Assembly (NCBI RefSeq): GCF_001194135.2
Contig: NC_068995.1
Span: forward strand, 50,946,860 to 51,010,859
Direction of reading: 5' to 3'
DNA length: 64,000 nucleotides
Source of the DNA: Octopus bimaculoides
Taxonomy: Eukaryota
In this document: piece after piece, positions 53,834 through 64,000 of the stretch
Layout: each line of letters starts with the position of its first letter
Position numbering within the stretch: the stretch's first letter is position 1
Notes under the pieces: generated by a model
What the model was told of the DNA's origin: nothing
The model's input: only the letters and a program-made list of their open reading frames with translations
Database searches by the model: none
Position numbers and translations under genes: made by a program

Positions 53834-53834
<1 letters not shown>

Positions 53835-55483
53835 CTTGATGAATGCTTGTATTTACCAGCAAATGTAAAAGTACTCAATACATATAAAATAGACTGTATA
53901 TTTTATTACTTCTTACATTTACAATGCCTGCAACGATTCAAGAAGCTTCAGCTTCAAATAATAACGATAATAATGATAATAATAATAGCAACACATACAC
54001 ATACACACACACACACAGTGATGGCGCCATGATAAAATATATATCCAATACACTCTGTAAAGTGGTTGGTGACAAAAGGGACATGCAGCCATAGAAGCCA
54101 CACCACACATGAAATATGAATAGCAAGTCATGGTCCTCCACACCATCTCGGAAGGCAGTGACTCTGAATAGGAGCTGACTCAGAATGTGACAACCCGTCC
54201 AACCCATGCCAGCATGGAAAGCAGGCATAAAACGATGACTATGATGATTACATGTAGACTTTAGCTATAGCATAGGGGTTTTCAATCCAAAATTGAACCT
54301 TGGTTTTAATATTTTTGGCTCATAAAAGTATTTGACGACAATTGATTACGCATGTGATTTGTGTGAAATGTTACTCATTTAAGCTGAAACTTCCAGAATT
54401 TTATTTTTCTCTATTTCATTGTATTGAATTCTTTTTTTTTTTGTTTTTTGCTGGATTGTTTACATCATTGTGTATTTCCTTTCTGTATCTGTGTGTATGT
54501 GTGTGCATATACAAGCGTTGTTTGTGTGTGTATAGGTAGATTGATAGGTGGATCAAATTTGCTGTGGTAAAGTTATACAGATACACACACTCTCACGTAT
54601 ATCTATATGTACACACACACACACACATAGGGCAATTATAGATACAGTTAAACAGTTAAAAGAATAGAAATAAGGGTCACTACAATACAATTTTCAATTC
54701 CATTTTACATAGATATTGTTAACAATTGATATTTTGACATCACAAATGCCATATTCATTGCTCATAAGACAAATACAAAAAAATAAAGGACAGTTCAGTA
54801 TAACAAGACATTTGATGTAATTCCACTGTCTAGCCATGTATCTTCCTTCTCCGTAGGCTTTCAGGACATAAAAATGTTCAAACAAGCTTTCATTCAGAAA
54901 TTCTTCCCAAAGCAAATGACATATCTATACATAATGTCTGTTATGAAAATTTCTCGCTTCGTGTCTTTCTTATAAATGTCTCTAGGGTATAGCTCTCCTC
55001 TCTCACACCAACACATTATGTTAAGAACAGTATATGTTTCTCTCTTCTTCCTCCTTGTTTCTCTCTCTCTCTCTCAGATTTGGTTGTGATGCCAACAATT
55101 TGTAACCCCCCCCTTTTTTTTTTATCACCTCCCTCTCTCTTTATCAATATATCAGTATACCTAATTGTTGGACCAGTGATTTATTTGTAATTGATAAGTT
55201 TATATGGAGCATCTTAAAAGTGCTGCTAAACATATATTACTTTGCTTGGAAATAGGTGAGGGTTGGCAACAGGAAGAACATCCAGCTGTAGAAAATCTCC
55301 CTCAACAAATTGTCTGATCCATGCAAGCATGAAAAAGTCCATGAGCATTAATCAATGATATATGTGTGTGTGTGTGTGATCTTTCTATTTATCTATGTAT
55401 CCTGATTTGTGTGTATGTATGTGTATGTATGTATATATATATATATATATATATACATACCAAGAACTTTCTTTTTATTATTC

Positions 55484-55529
<46 letters not shown>

Positions 55530-55585
55530 TTTTGTTATTTACACCACCTGTCCTCGTCTGTTGTTGTTTTTTCGTATATTCTCCC

Positions 55586-55618
<33 letters not shown>

Positions 55619-55619
55619 C

Positions 55620-55835
55620 ATAGAGAAAAGTGGCAAGCCGGCAGAGTCATTAGCACGCTGGACGAAATGCTTAGCGGTATTTTTCCCATTGCTATGTTCT
55701 GAGTTCAAATTCCACCAAAGTTGACTTTGCCTTTCATCCTTTTGAGGTCGATGAAATAAGTACCAGTTACGCACTGGGGTCGATGAAATTGACTATCCCT
55801 CTCCCCCAATTTCAGGCCTTGTGCCTATAGAAGAA
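55620..55835 (+). mobile_element. SINE family B, well-preserved copy. Others at about 4350(-), 13000(+), 15870(-), 24230(+), 42200(+), 48930(+), 50510-51100 (three, +), 58540(+), 61100(+)
   Basis: GGCAGAGTCATTAGCACG...CTGAGTTCAAATTCC..C.AAGTTGACTTTGCCTTTCATCC...AAGTACCAGTTACGCACTGGGGTCGAT...AATTTCAGGCCTTGTGCC recurring. Confidence 0.85.
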
Positions 55836-56067
55836 AAGTATATATATGTTGAGAGAGAGAGAGAGAGAATGACACATGTATGTGTGTATATAAATAACAT
55901 CATCTTCGTCCCGTATACATGCCACTGGTATTTTGGAATTAAGATGGTATTCGCTTTTGGCTGCATGGTATTCTTGGGCATTATCATGCTTTCATCTGGT
56001 GAAACTTGAACTTGGAAAATATCTTGGAAGCTACAGTTCTATATTTAAGAGAAGAGGAATTATGTAC

Positions 56068-56456
56068 ATTATTTACAATTGACGGATATTTGTCCTCATC
56101 TTGTTTGTTGTTAACACAACTTTTCGGCTGATATATCCTCCAGCCTTCATCTGGTGTTTTGGGGGAAATTTCAAACCTGGGTTCTCATTCTTAAGGTATT
56201 TTTCGATGTTATTATTATTATTATTAAGGTCACTGCCTGGAATTGAACTAACCCCAAGATTCCAAGTCCAATTCCAGGCAGTGACCTGAATAATAATAAT
56301 AATAATAATAACAACAACATAAAAAAATAGCTTAGGAATGAGAACCCAGGTTCAAAATTTCCTCAAGACACCTGATGAAGGCTGGAGGGTATATCAGCTG
56401 AAACGTTGTGTTAACAACAAACAAGATGAGGACAAATATCCATCAATGTAAATAAT
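56068..56456. mobile_element. Fold-back element: about 180-bp inverted arms with a 23-bp spacer; probable Penelope-like pseudo-LTR derivative
   Basis: 56068-56245 is the imperfect reverse complement of 56269-56456; each arm has a hammerhead motif and an (ATT)n run. Confidence 0.8.
56367..56412 (+). ncRNA. Minimal type I hammerhead ribozyme motif (Penelope-like), apparently intact
   Basis: GACAC-CTGATGA-A-GGCTG(gagggtatat)CAGCT-GAAA-CGTT-GTGTT: stem I GACAC/GTGTT, core CUGAUGA, 5-bp stem II, GAAA, palindromic AACGTT helix III, GUU cleavage triplet. Confidence 0.7.
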
Positions 56457-57357
56457 CTTTGAAGCTGTCTTTAACTACACACATACATATAAGTGTTTAT
56501 CTCTCTATCTGTGTGTGTAGATAGGTACATAGATAGATATGTTGGTTAGTTGGGTGATGTTTGCATGTGAAATGAGTATGAAAGGAGGCGGGATAAAAAT
56601 TCAAATTATACCATTTACATATGAAATACAGACAACTACAATTGCTTTATCTGAAGTTGAATGAGTTAAGAGCTTGTTTCATGTGTGAAGTTGTTGTGAG
56701 AGCTTCACTGTAACATTGTGTGTGTGTCTGTCAATGCTAGTATAAAATATTTCAGTTTCTGTCTAATCATTGCATGTGGTGAAATAACACCAGTGTTGTT
56801 TGCTTTCCATGTTTCTATTGCCTCCCCCCCTTTTTGTTCCTTGACCACTGTCTCTACAGTAGCAGAAAATGTTGGATTTTCTTTACCAATTTCCACTCTT
56901 CTTACATTATTATTAGGTCAATAAATTAAGGATCAGTTGAACACTTGGATGATATAGTCAACTAGTTCCCTCCCACAAAATTTCAGGCCTTGTGCCTTTA
57001 GTAGGATTATTATTATTATTATTATTATTAAGAGTTATGAGTTAAAAGAAGCATAAAAACTTGAAACAAAACGCCATGCAGTACCTTGTCATGGCTCTTT
57101 AAATCCTGGGCTTGTCAAATACTAGAATCAGTTTAATCAACAATACTTTCACCCAAATTGAGTTCTTTTTTTCATTAAAATTGTATCCACAACATCTACA
57201 CATGTAGTATGTGGACCCATCGTCAATGTTGTATCCTGGAGTTATTGGCTGTTTCTGGTCTTACAACAAACACCTTCGTCCAGGCAACCTGACCTGCATC
57301 CAAACAGTATTGTACTGACCCAAATGATTACCTCTTTTCAGACAGAGCCCTTTAGAT

Positions 57358-57667
57358 CAGTGATTCTCAACCATTTTTTTTTATCTATGGGTCCCTTTCA
57401 TTACTACTTTAGCCTGGTGGACCCCCAAAGCTATTTGATGTTTAAAAACCAGTTTTGTAGACTCTTCTTATTTTGTTTTTCACACATTAACTTTTGTAAG
57501 TTGAACTCTTGAAAAACATTAAAGAAACCCAGATGTTTTTCATGGACCCTTAAAATACTACTGTGGATCCCCAATTTACTATTTTGCTTGTGTGGACCCC
57601 CACCCACCCCAAAGTTTATATGGACCCCCTCCCCCAAGTGTCTATGGAATTTGGTTGGGAACCACTA
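57358..57667. mobile_element. hAT (Charlie-like) MITE
   Basis: CAGTGATTCTCAACC / GGTTGGGAACCACTA termini and repeated internal GGACCCC motifs; no TSD recovered. Confidence 0.65.
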
Positions 57668-58279
57668 TGCTTTTTCAGCAGTCTTTGTTGTTTTCGATGT
57701 CTCTTTTTCTGCTCATTCTTGTCATGCTCAGGGTTCCACAGGCCTTACTCAGGGTACAACCTACAAACCCTCAACTTGCCACTTTCCACTCACAAACACC
57801 TCATTCTCCACCCATTCTTGTGGCNNNNNNNNNNCTATGCTTTTTCAGCAGTCTTTGTTGTTTTCGATGTCTCTTTTTCTGCTCATTCTTGTCATGCTCA
57901 GGGTTCCACAGGCCTTACTCAGGGTACAACCTACAAACCCTCAACTTGCCACTTTCCACTCACAAACACCTCATTCTCCACCCATTCTTGTGGCATGAAT
58001 TCTAGTTTCAGTGATTTCTGACAATTAATTTTGCTTCCCCTCCCAGAACGTATGCCTGATTTTTGGTTTCTAATTTTTGGTTTAAAATTGGTCAGCCTTG
58101 ATATAAAGCAACATACAGTGACTTTTTTGAAACTGTATGAATTTTTATTTTTTATTCATTGAGTTTGTTGCCCTGCCCTGCTCCCCCACCCCCAATAGTC
58201 ATACCAATTCCACTTCAGCCGTATCACCAATTCTAAAAACTATTTCTATTTGAATGACTTTCAAATGTTATTTCATCCA

Positions 58280-58530
58280 CAGCCAGGAAGTGGGGAGGGA
58301 CATAGTTTAGATTCATGATCATAAGATTGTGGTTTCAATTCCTGGACCAGGCAACGCATTGTGTTCTTGAGCAAAACACTTCATTTCACGTTACTCCTGT
58401 CCACCCAACTGGCAAAGATGAGTAATCTTGTGATGGACCAGCATCCCTTTCGTTGGAAGATGGGGGAATATATACACCAGAGAACCTGGGAAAGTGGTCC
58501 CTATGAATCTATACGACTTGGGCAGGAACT
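58280..58530 (+). mobile_element. tRNA-head SINE family with TTGAGCAAAACACTT core (CORE/V-SINE-like); others at about 24140(+) and 63590(-)
   Basis: B-box-like GGTTTCAATTCC, TTCTTGAGCAAAACACTT, TGTGATGGACCAGCATCCC. Confidence 0.6.
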
Positions 58531-59257
58531 GGATCCAGGAAGGAGGGAAGTGGCAGAGCTGTTTGAGAGTCAGACAGAATGCCTTGCAGTAATAAGTTTC
58601 TGAAGTTCAAATCCCACCGATGTCTTATTCTGTTCTCCAGAAAGAGAGAAGTATTGAGCAAAGGAACCAGTAGCTTCCTCTCGTTAAAGAATTTACCTGC
58701 AACCAGAACTGTCCAAGTATGGACTGCCATACAGTGCTGTCTGTATAGAATGGAATTAAAGGGGGGGGGGAACAGACATACAACCAGCCCCCTTTTTGAA
58801 TCAAATAGTACCATAGATACCTTGGTGCCTGCATAACACAAACCCATGTATATATATGTATATATACACACGCACACTCTATCCCTCTCCCTTCCTCTTT
58901 CTTTCTTCCTACCTCTCACTAAATCCTTCTGTCTCACTCCCTCCCTCACTGCTGTGTAGTAGACATTTATAAATACAAATGTCAGCTAAGCACTTTATTT
59001 TGCTGGGGTTTTTTTGGGGTTTTTTTTTGTCATTAATCAAGTTTACATTTTGTTTTTTTTTCTCTCCACCCCATCCCCCACCCCTGTTTTATTCTTTCAT
59101 ATAACTTCCCTGCTTCCCACCATCACCCAGTTTTACCAAAATGAAAGAATGTTGGCTCATTTTGCTTTAAATAATAATACATCTTAAATTCAAACAAGCA
59201 TTTTCCAAAATTTTGATATTTTAAGACTTAAAACATCAAAAAAATGAATCTCAGTAA

Positions 59258-59291
<34 letters not shown>

Positions 59292-62200
59292 ATATATATA
59301 TAAAATATATATTTATACACACACACAGATACACATATTCTGTATGCAGCTGAAAGTAAGTCTCACTTTTTGATGAAATAAATTTTTTTATATAAAATTT
59401 AGTTTGTTTGTGAATCTAAGTAACTTACCTTCTGTCTCAGTTTTCATTCAAGAAATTTTGGTCACCGGAAATACCAACCAATGTCTTTCACTATAGCTAT
59501 TTTCAGTCTCAAAGGCATCTTTATCCATTTCTTTTCTTCCTTTTTTCATCAAAGAATTAAATTTAAAAAGAAATAAAGAATTCTTTAACAANNNNNNNNN
59601 NNNNNNNNNNNNNNNNNNNNNNNNNNNNNNNNNNNNNNNNNNNNNNNNNNNNNNNNNNNNNNNNNNNNNNNNNNNNNNNNNNNNNNNNNNNNNNNNNNNN
59701 NNNNNNNNNNNNNNNNNNNNNNNNNNNNNNNNNNNNNNNNNNNNNNNNNNNNNNNNNNNNNNNNNNNNNNNNNNNNNNNNNNNNNAAAAACATTCCTTTA
59801 AAAAAGAATTCTTTGTTTCTTTGAAAAATTTCCTCCAATTTATTCCTCTGTAAATACGAATTTTCTAACATGATCAGCAGATAAATTTTTAAACCAGAAT
59901 AGACACAAATTAAACATTGAAAAATAACAAAAAAAAATAAAATAAAATAAAAAAAAACCCCACAAACAAATCAAATTTAATAATTACTGTTATTCTTTAA
60001 TTAGCATAATCTTTTCCCTCACAAACATCCAGTTCTCTTCATGAAATAAATTAATCTTATCATTTCATTTAATTAAGATAATTAATAACTAAGAAAAAAT
60101 ATAGATTTACAATTATCTTATTTAATTTTCCCTATAGAAAAATTTGAAATTAAATTTAAAAGATAATTATTGCTATTATTACTGTTGGTAATATAAACAT
60201 CACAGCTGACGATGACAATTAGCTACAACATTGTACTTGCCTTGTCTTACTTTAGGCCCTCCTGATGGAATTGTGGGGATGCTGTGGTAACATTTTAAGA
60301 CCTGACAGTCCCATACCTCTCCAGGTCTGACTACAACTGATTTCTTTTAGAAAGAGAGATGTACTGACAGGTAGAAAGGAAGAGAGAGAGTGAAAGAAAA
60401 TAAAATCGACAAGACCCCTCCCTACAAATATTAGGTCTTATTCCTATAACAGGAAGGATTATTATTATTATGATCAGCATAAAACCATCACGGAGATGGT
60501 ATTTCTGCTAATAATAATAATAATAATAATAATAACAATCGTTTTTAGCCCAAACAGGCTCAGCCAGTCTAAGTTAGAAAGCCATTCAGTCTAACTACCC
60601 CAGCCACTCCAGCTTAGACCCAGCCAATCCAGGAATTGCTTTTCTCCATGTTTTAAGAATAATGAACTTATTGTATACAGCGCTCAGGTGCACTTGTAGT
60701 TTCAATCTATAAATTGGCTTATGAGGCAGTTGTGTTTTCAAGTTTTCTCAAGAAAGTGTCTCATGGAACTTAATAAAAAAAAATAACTTACATATATATA
60801 TACATATACATACATGCATACATAGAGAGATTGGGAAAGTCAATCTTACATACCTCAACTTGAATAAAAGCCAACTTTTAATGCATGCTGTTCCTCGACG
60901 CTTGTCTATGTGCCAAATCTGTAGCTAACTTTCTCCAAGATACCCGCTTCACTTAAGGCTCTTTCAATAAAGCTGATCTTTTTTTTTCATATTTAAATAT
61001 TTTACTACTAGGCTGGACTACTTTCATTTATTCAATATTACTAATTCTTTCGGAGAAAGCATGAACACCCCAGAATCACACAGTAAACACAGTGTACAAA
61101 ATATTGGAAGAGATCTGGATTAAATGCCTTTTAGTGTTTCAGTTTCATGTGTCTATGTTTCCAGTTCAAATCCCTATGAAGTAAACTCAACCCCTTAATC
61201 TTGTAAGGATTTCTAGAACAAGAGCTGATAATGTGGTACCAAAGCTACCAAATATTCACTTTTCACTCGAAAGGACAAGAAAAAACAGCTCCATATGTAG
61301 ATAAACTAGTTAAAGGAAGAGACAGCACATTGTGATATTCATGTTTTTGCCAGTGATGGTAGCAATGTATACTGAGGCAGAAAATTTTCATTTAGGAATC
61401 GAAACTGAATTATATTTTCAGCTGATTGGGAGACTCCCATACCACTACCACCACAACTGCAATTTACTAATATTGACTGTTGTAGTGGGGTGTCTTTTTT
61501 TTCTTCGTTTATTCTACAGAAGAATAGCAGTGTCTATGACTCTTATGACTCTTAATGGTATGACTCTTAATGGTAGCAGGAAGGAGTAATATTATCCTCA
61601 GATCAAAGACCTGGCCTGATAGCTTGCAACAGAGTTTAGTCTGTAATAAAGGTATCTAAGGGCCAGGCAGCACCATTTAACTGAATGACAGACTAAGTTG
61701 GTACAAATCCTGCATATTTTATTTTGAGTAAATAAAAAATAAAAAAATGTTAATATTCTTCCCAGTGGCATTAATGGTGTGACTAAAATGATGTGGCTTT
61801 CAACACAGTCTAATACCATGCTAAAGAGTTTCCAGGAGTTTTATCTTGTATTCTTTTTTCTGTTGAAGAGCATAAGCTTGAAGCGTAAAAGACTTTCTCA
61901 CCTTCCCAAGTGTCAAATTAATACACCTGCTTGTTGTTTATACACCTGTCTTCGTCTTTTGCTTTTCTATAAATTTCAACTATATATATATGTAGATAGG
62001 TATGTATATTTATCTAGATATGCGTGTGCTTTTGTCCGTTTGTTCTGCACCACTGCTTGACAACCAGTGTTGGTGTGTTTACATCCCCTTGACGTAATGG
62101 TTTGTCAAAAGAAACCAATACAATAACTTCCAGGCTCTTAAAAAAAAATGTACTTCAAAGAGGTGTCCCAGCATGGCCACTGTTTAATGACTGAAACAAG

Positions 62201-62453
62201 TAAAAGATGCACTATTTGAGCAGATCGGATTGGCTGCTCAAGAATCATAAAGTGCGTCTACATACCTGAGCTATATTTGTACCTCAGAAGCTAACAGAAA
62301 GCTGTTCTGGCAAGTTTGAATCAAACCCCAGCTCAATTATATTGCAAATTAGTAGTGCTAGAGTTGTCTCCCTTAGCGGGAATTACCTCCCTTGTGAATA
62401 AGTCTGGACATTTACGAGGTTTGTTTGTCGTGTCTCTCTAGACGACCCGATTG

Positions 62454-62859
62454 GGTCAAACTAAAGCGTTTGGCCCAAGCTCAAAAATAAAAAGAAATTA
62501 GTCTAATAGGTATAAAACAACTTGTGAACGAATATGGAGAAAATAATGCGCGAGCGGGGGNNNNNNNNNNNNNNNNNNNNNNNNNNNNNNNNNNNGGGGG
62601 ACTCGGAACATTCAACTCGTCAGTCCATAGCCTCTAAACTATAGTGTTTGACCCAAGCTCAAAAATTTTTTAAAATTAGTCTAATAGGTGTAAAACAACT
62701 TGTGAACGAATATGAAAAAAAAAATGCACGCCCGCGAACGCGGGTGGGTGGAGAGAGGACTCGGAACATTCACACCGGAGCCATACATATATTATATTAC
62801 ACCTATTACACTAATTTTTTTATTATTTTTGATCTCGGGTCAAACGTTTTAGCATGACC
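62454..62859. mobile_element. Non-autonomous DNA element with about 67-bp TIRs, an internal direct copy of the TIR and an 8-bp TSD (MULE/Merlin-like)
   Basis: Starts GGTCA and ends TGACC; CCCGATTG at 62446-62453 and 62860-62867; TIRs 62454-62520 / 62792-62859; direct copy at about 62644-62713. Confidence 0.78.
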
Positions 62860-63472
62860 CCCCGATTGGCATCTGAAGTCGGGGCACGTAGCAACAGTCA
62901 CAACCCGGTGGCACTCTTGCTTTCCGAGCAGTCCTCCTCTCTTTAGTTTGAAGTTAATCCGATCTGTGCTATTTTTCCCCCCTTTCATATAAGTATAGAC
63001 GAAACCCAACATTTTACATCTAATTATGGCCATGCATGTTTATATAAACAAGACTCCAGATATTCATGTGATGGATGAGTAAAGAGAGTTTAAACGCTCA
63101 TTCTTGAGTGCAGGTATGGCTGTGAGGTTTAAGAAGTTTACTTCTCATTTATATGATTTCAATTTGCTCATGCAGCAACCATACCCAAGTGTCTGCAGCC
63201 ACAGACTTGGTCCTCGTCAGTTAAACTTGGTTAATGGAAACAGTGTAGAAATCTGTCAGAGAGGCCATTTCTATTTCTGGTCGTCTTTGCCTACTTCTCA
63301 GATTGACATCACTTTCTAGAATATTAACTGCTTTTAGCGGAGACAATTCTGTTGTAATCCATCAGGAAGGTTTTCAAGCATTTGATAACTTCCTCCTACC
63401 ATGGACGGAGGCCCTAAAAACAGCCATGAGCATTGCTTTTCTTCTTCCAACTAAGTAAATAATTAAAAAAAC

Positions 63473-63504
<32 letters not shown>

Positions 63505-64000
63505 CATCGCTGTATCAACCAGCTTTTGAATGAGTCCCCCCCCACTGCCTAGGTGGGCAGGCCAACATTACACCTACACTCCAGTCCATGACAGGGTTAT
63601 CCATTTATGGCTGAGCAGGCTGGAGCAATGCAAAAGGAAGTGTCTTGCTCAAAAATGCAATGAACTGCTGGTCTGGGAATTGAAACTACAATCTTGTGAT
63701 CTTGAGTACAACACAAGGCTTGTATACCTTCACACACAGATAAGCTGTAAATTTAATATCTATTGAGTAGCTGGTGACTTTTAAACTTCTTTTGTCTCAA
63801 TGTGTATTAACCAAAGCCATTCCAGATGAATTATAAAAAAAAAAAAAAAAAAAAANNNNNNNNNNNNNNNNNNNNNNNNNNNNNCGGGGGGGGGGAGTGA
63901 GAGAGAGGAGGACATCACAAAGATTTCAACATAAGAAACAATAAACCACAACAGCTTCAATCTCAACGGAAAGTGTTTAAGATTTTCAAAAGGAAATTCA

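Noticed and set aside
54782-54787. AATAAA as the Homer polyadenylation signal
   Set aside because: Common by chance in this AT-rich DNA, no clear downstream element, and no transcript data
57665-57994. Exact 160-bp direct duplication (57665-57824 and 57835-57994)
   Set aside because: The identical copies flank a 10-N gap, which is typical of an unmerged contig overlap and so most likely an assembly artefact
1-64000. CRISPR arrays, rRNA, tRNA genes, prokaryotic operons
   Set aside because: None seen; tRNA-like A/B boxes occur only as SINE heads, and the periodic repeats are microsatellites without unique spacers

Overview
AT-rich eukaryotic genomic DNA with about 13 N-gaps and dense microsatellites, SINEs, LINE fragments and MITEs. 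The repeat landscape suggests an octopus/coleoid cephalopod draft assembly (inference; no taxonomic marker is present). One protein-coding gene is supported: a + strand Homer (EVH1 domain plus coiled-coil postsynaptic scaffold) with 8 coding exons between 26644 and 52872, all with GT-AG sites and consistent phases. Its first coding exon (expected ATG-GG) was not found. Almost all of the supplied ORF track is spurious (microsatellites, gaps, SINEs), apart from pieces of the Homer exons and decayed RTE, R4/Dong and Tc1/mariner coding remnants. The most unusual signal is three fold-back (long inverted-repeat) elements at about 29.0, 40.2 and 56.1 kb. Their arms carry minimal type I hammerhead-ribozyme motifs of the kind known from Penelope-like retroelements, and one copy (56367-56412, + strand) looks essentially intact. 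Other leads are a possible Homer1a-like short isoform, inverted repeat pairs that could support Homer back-splicing, and a recently active RTE subfamily.
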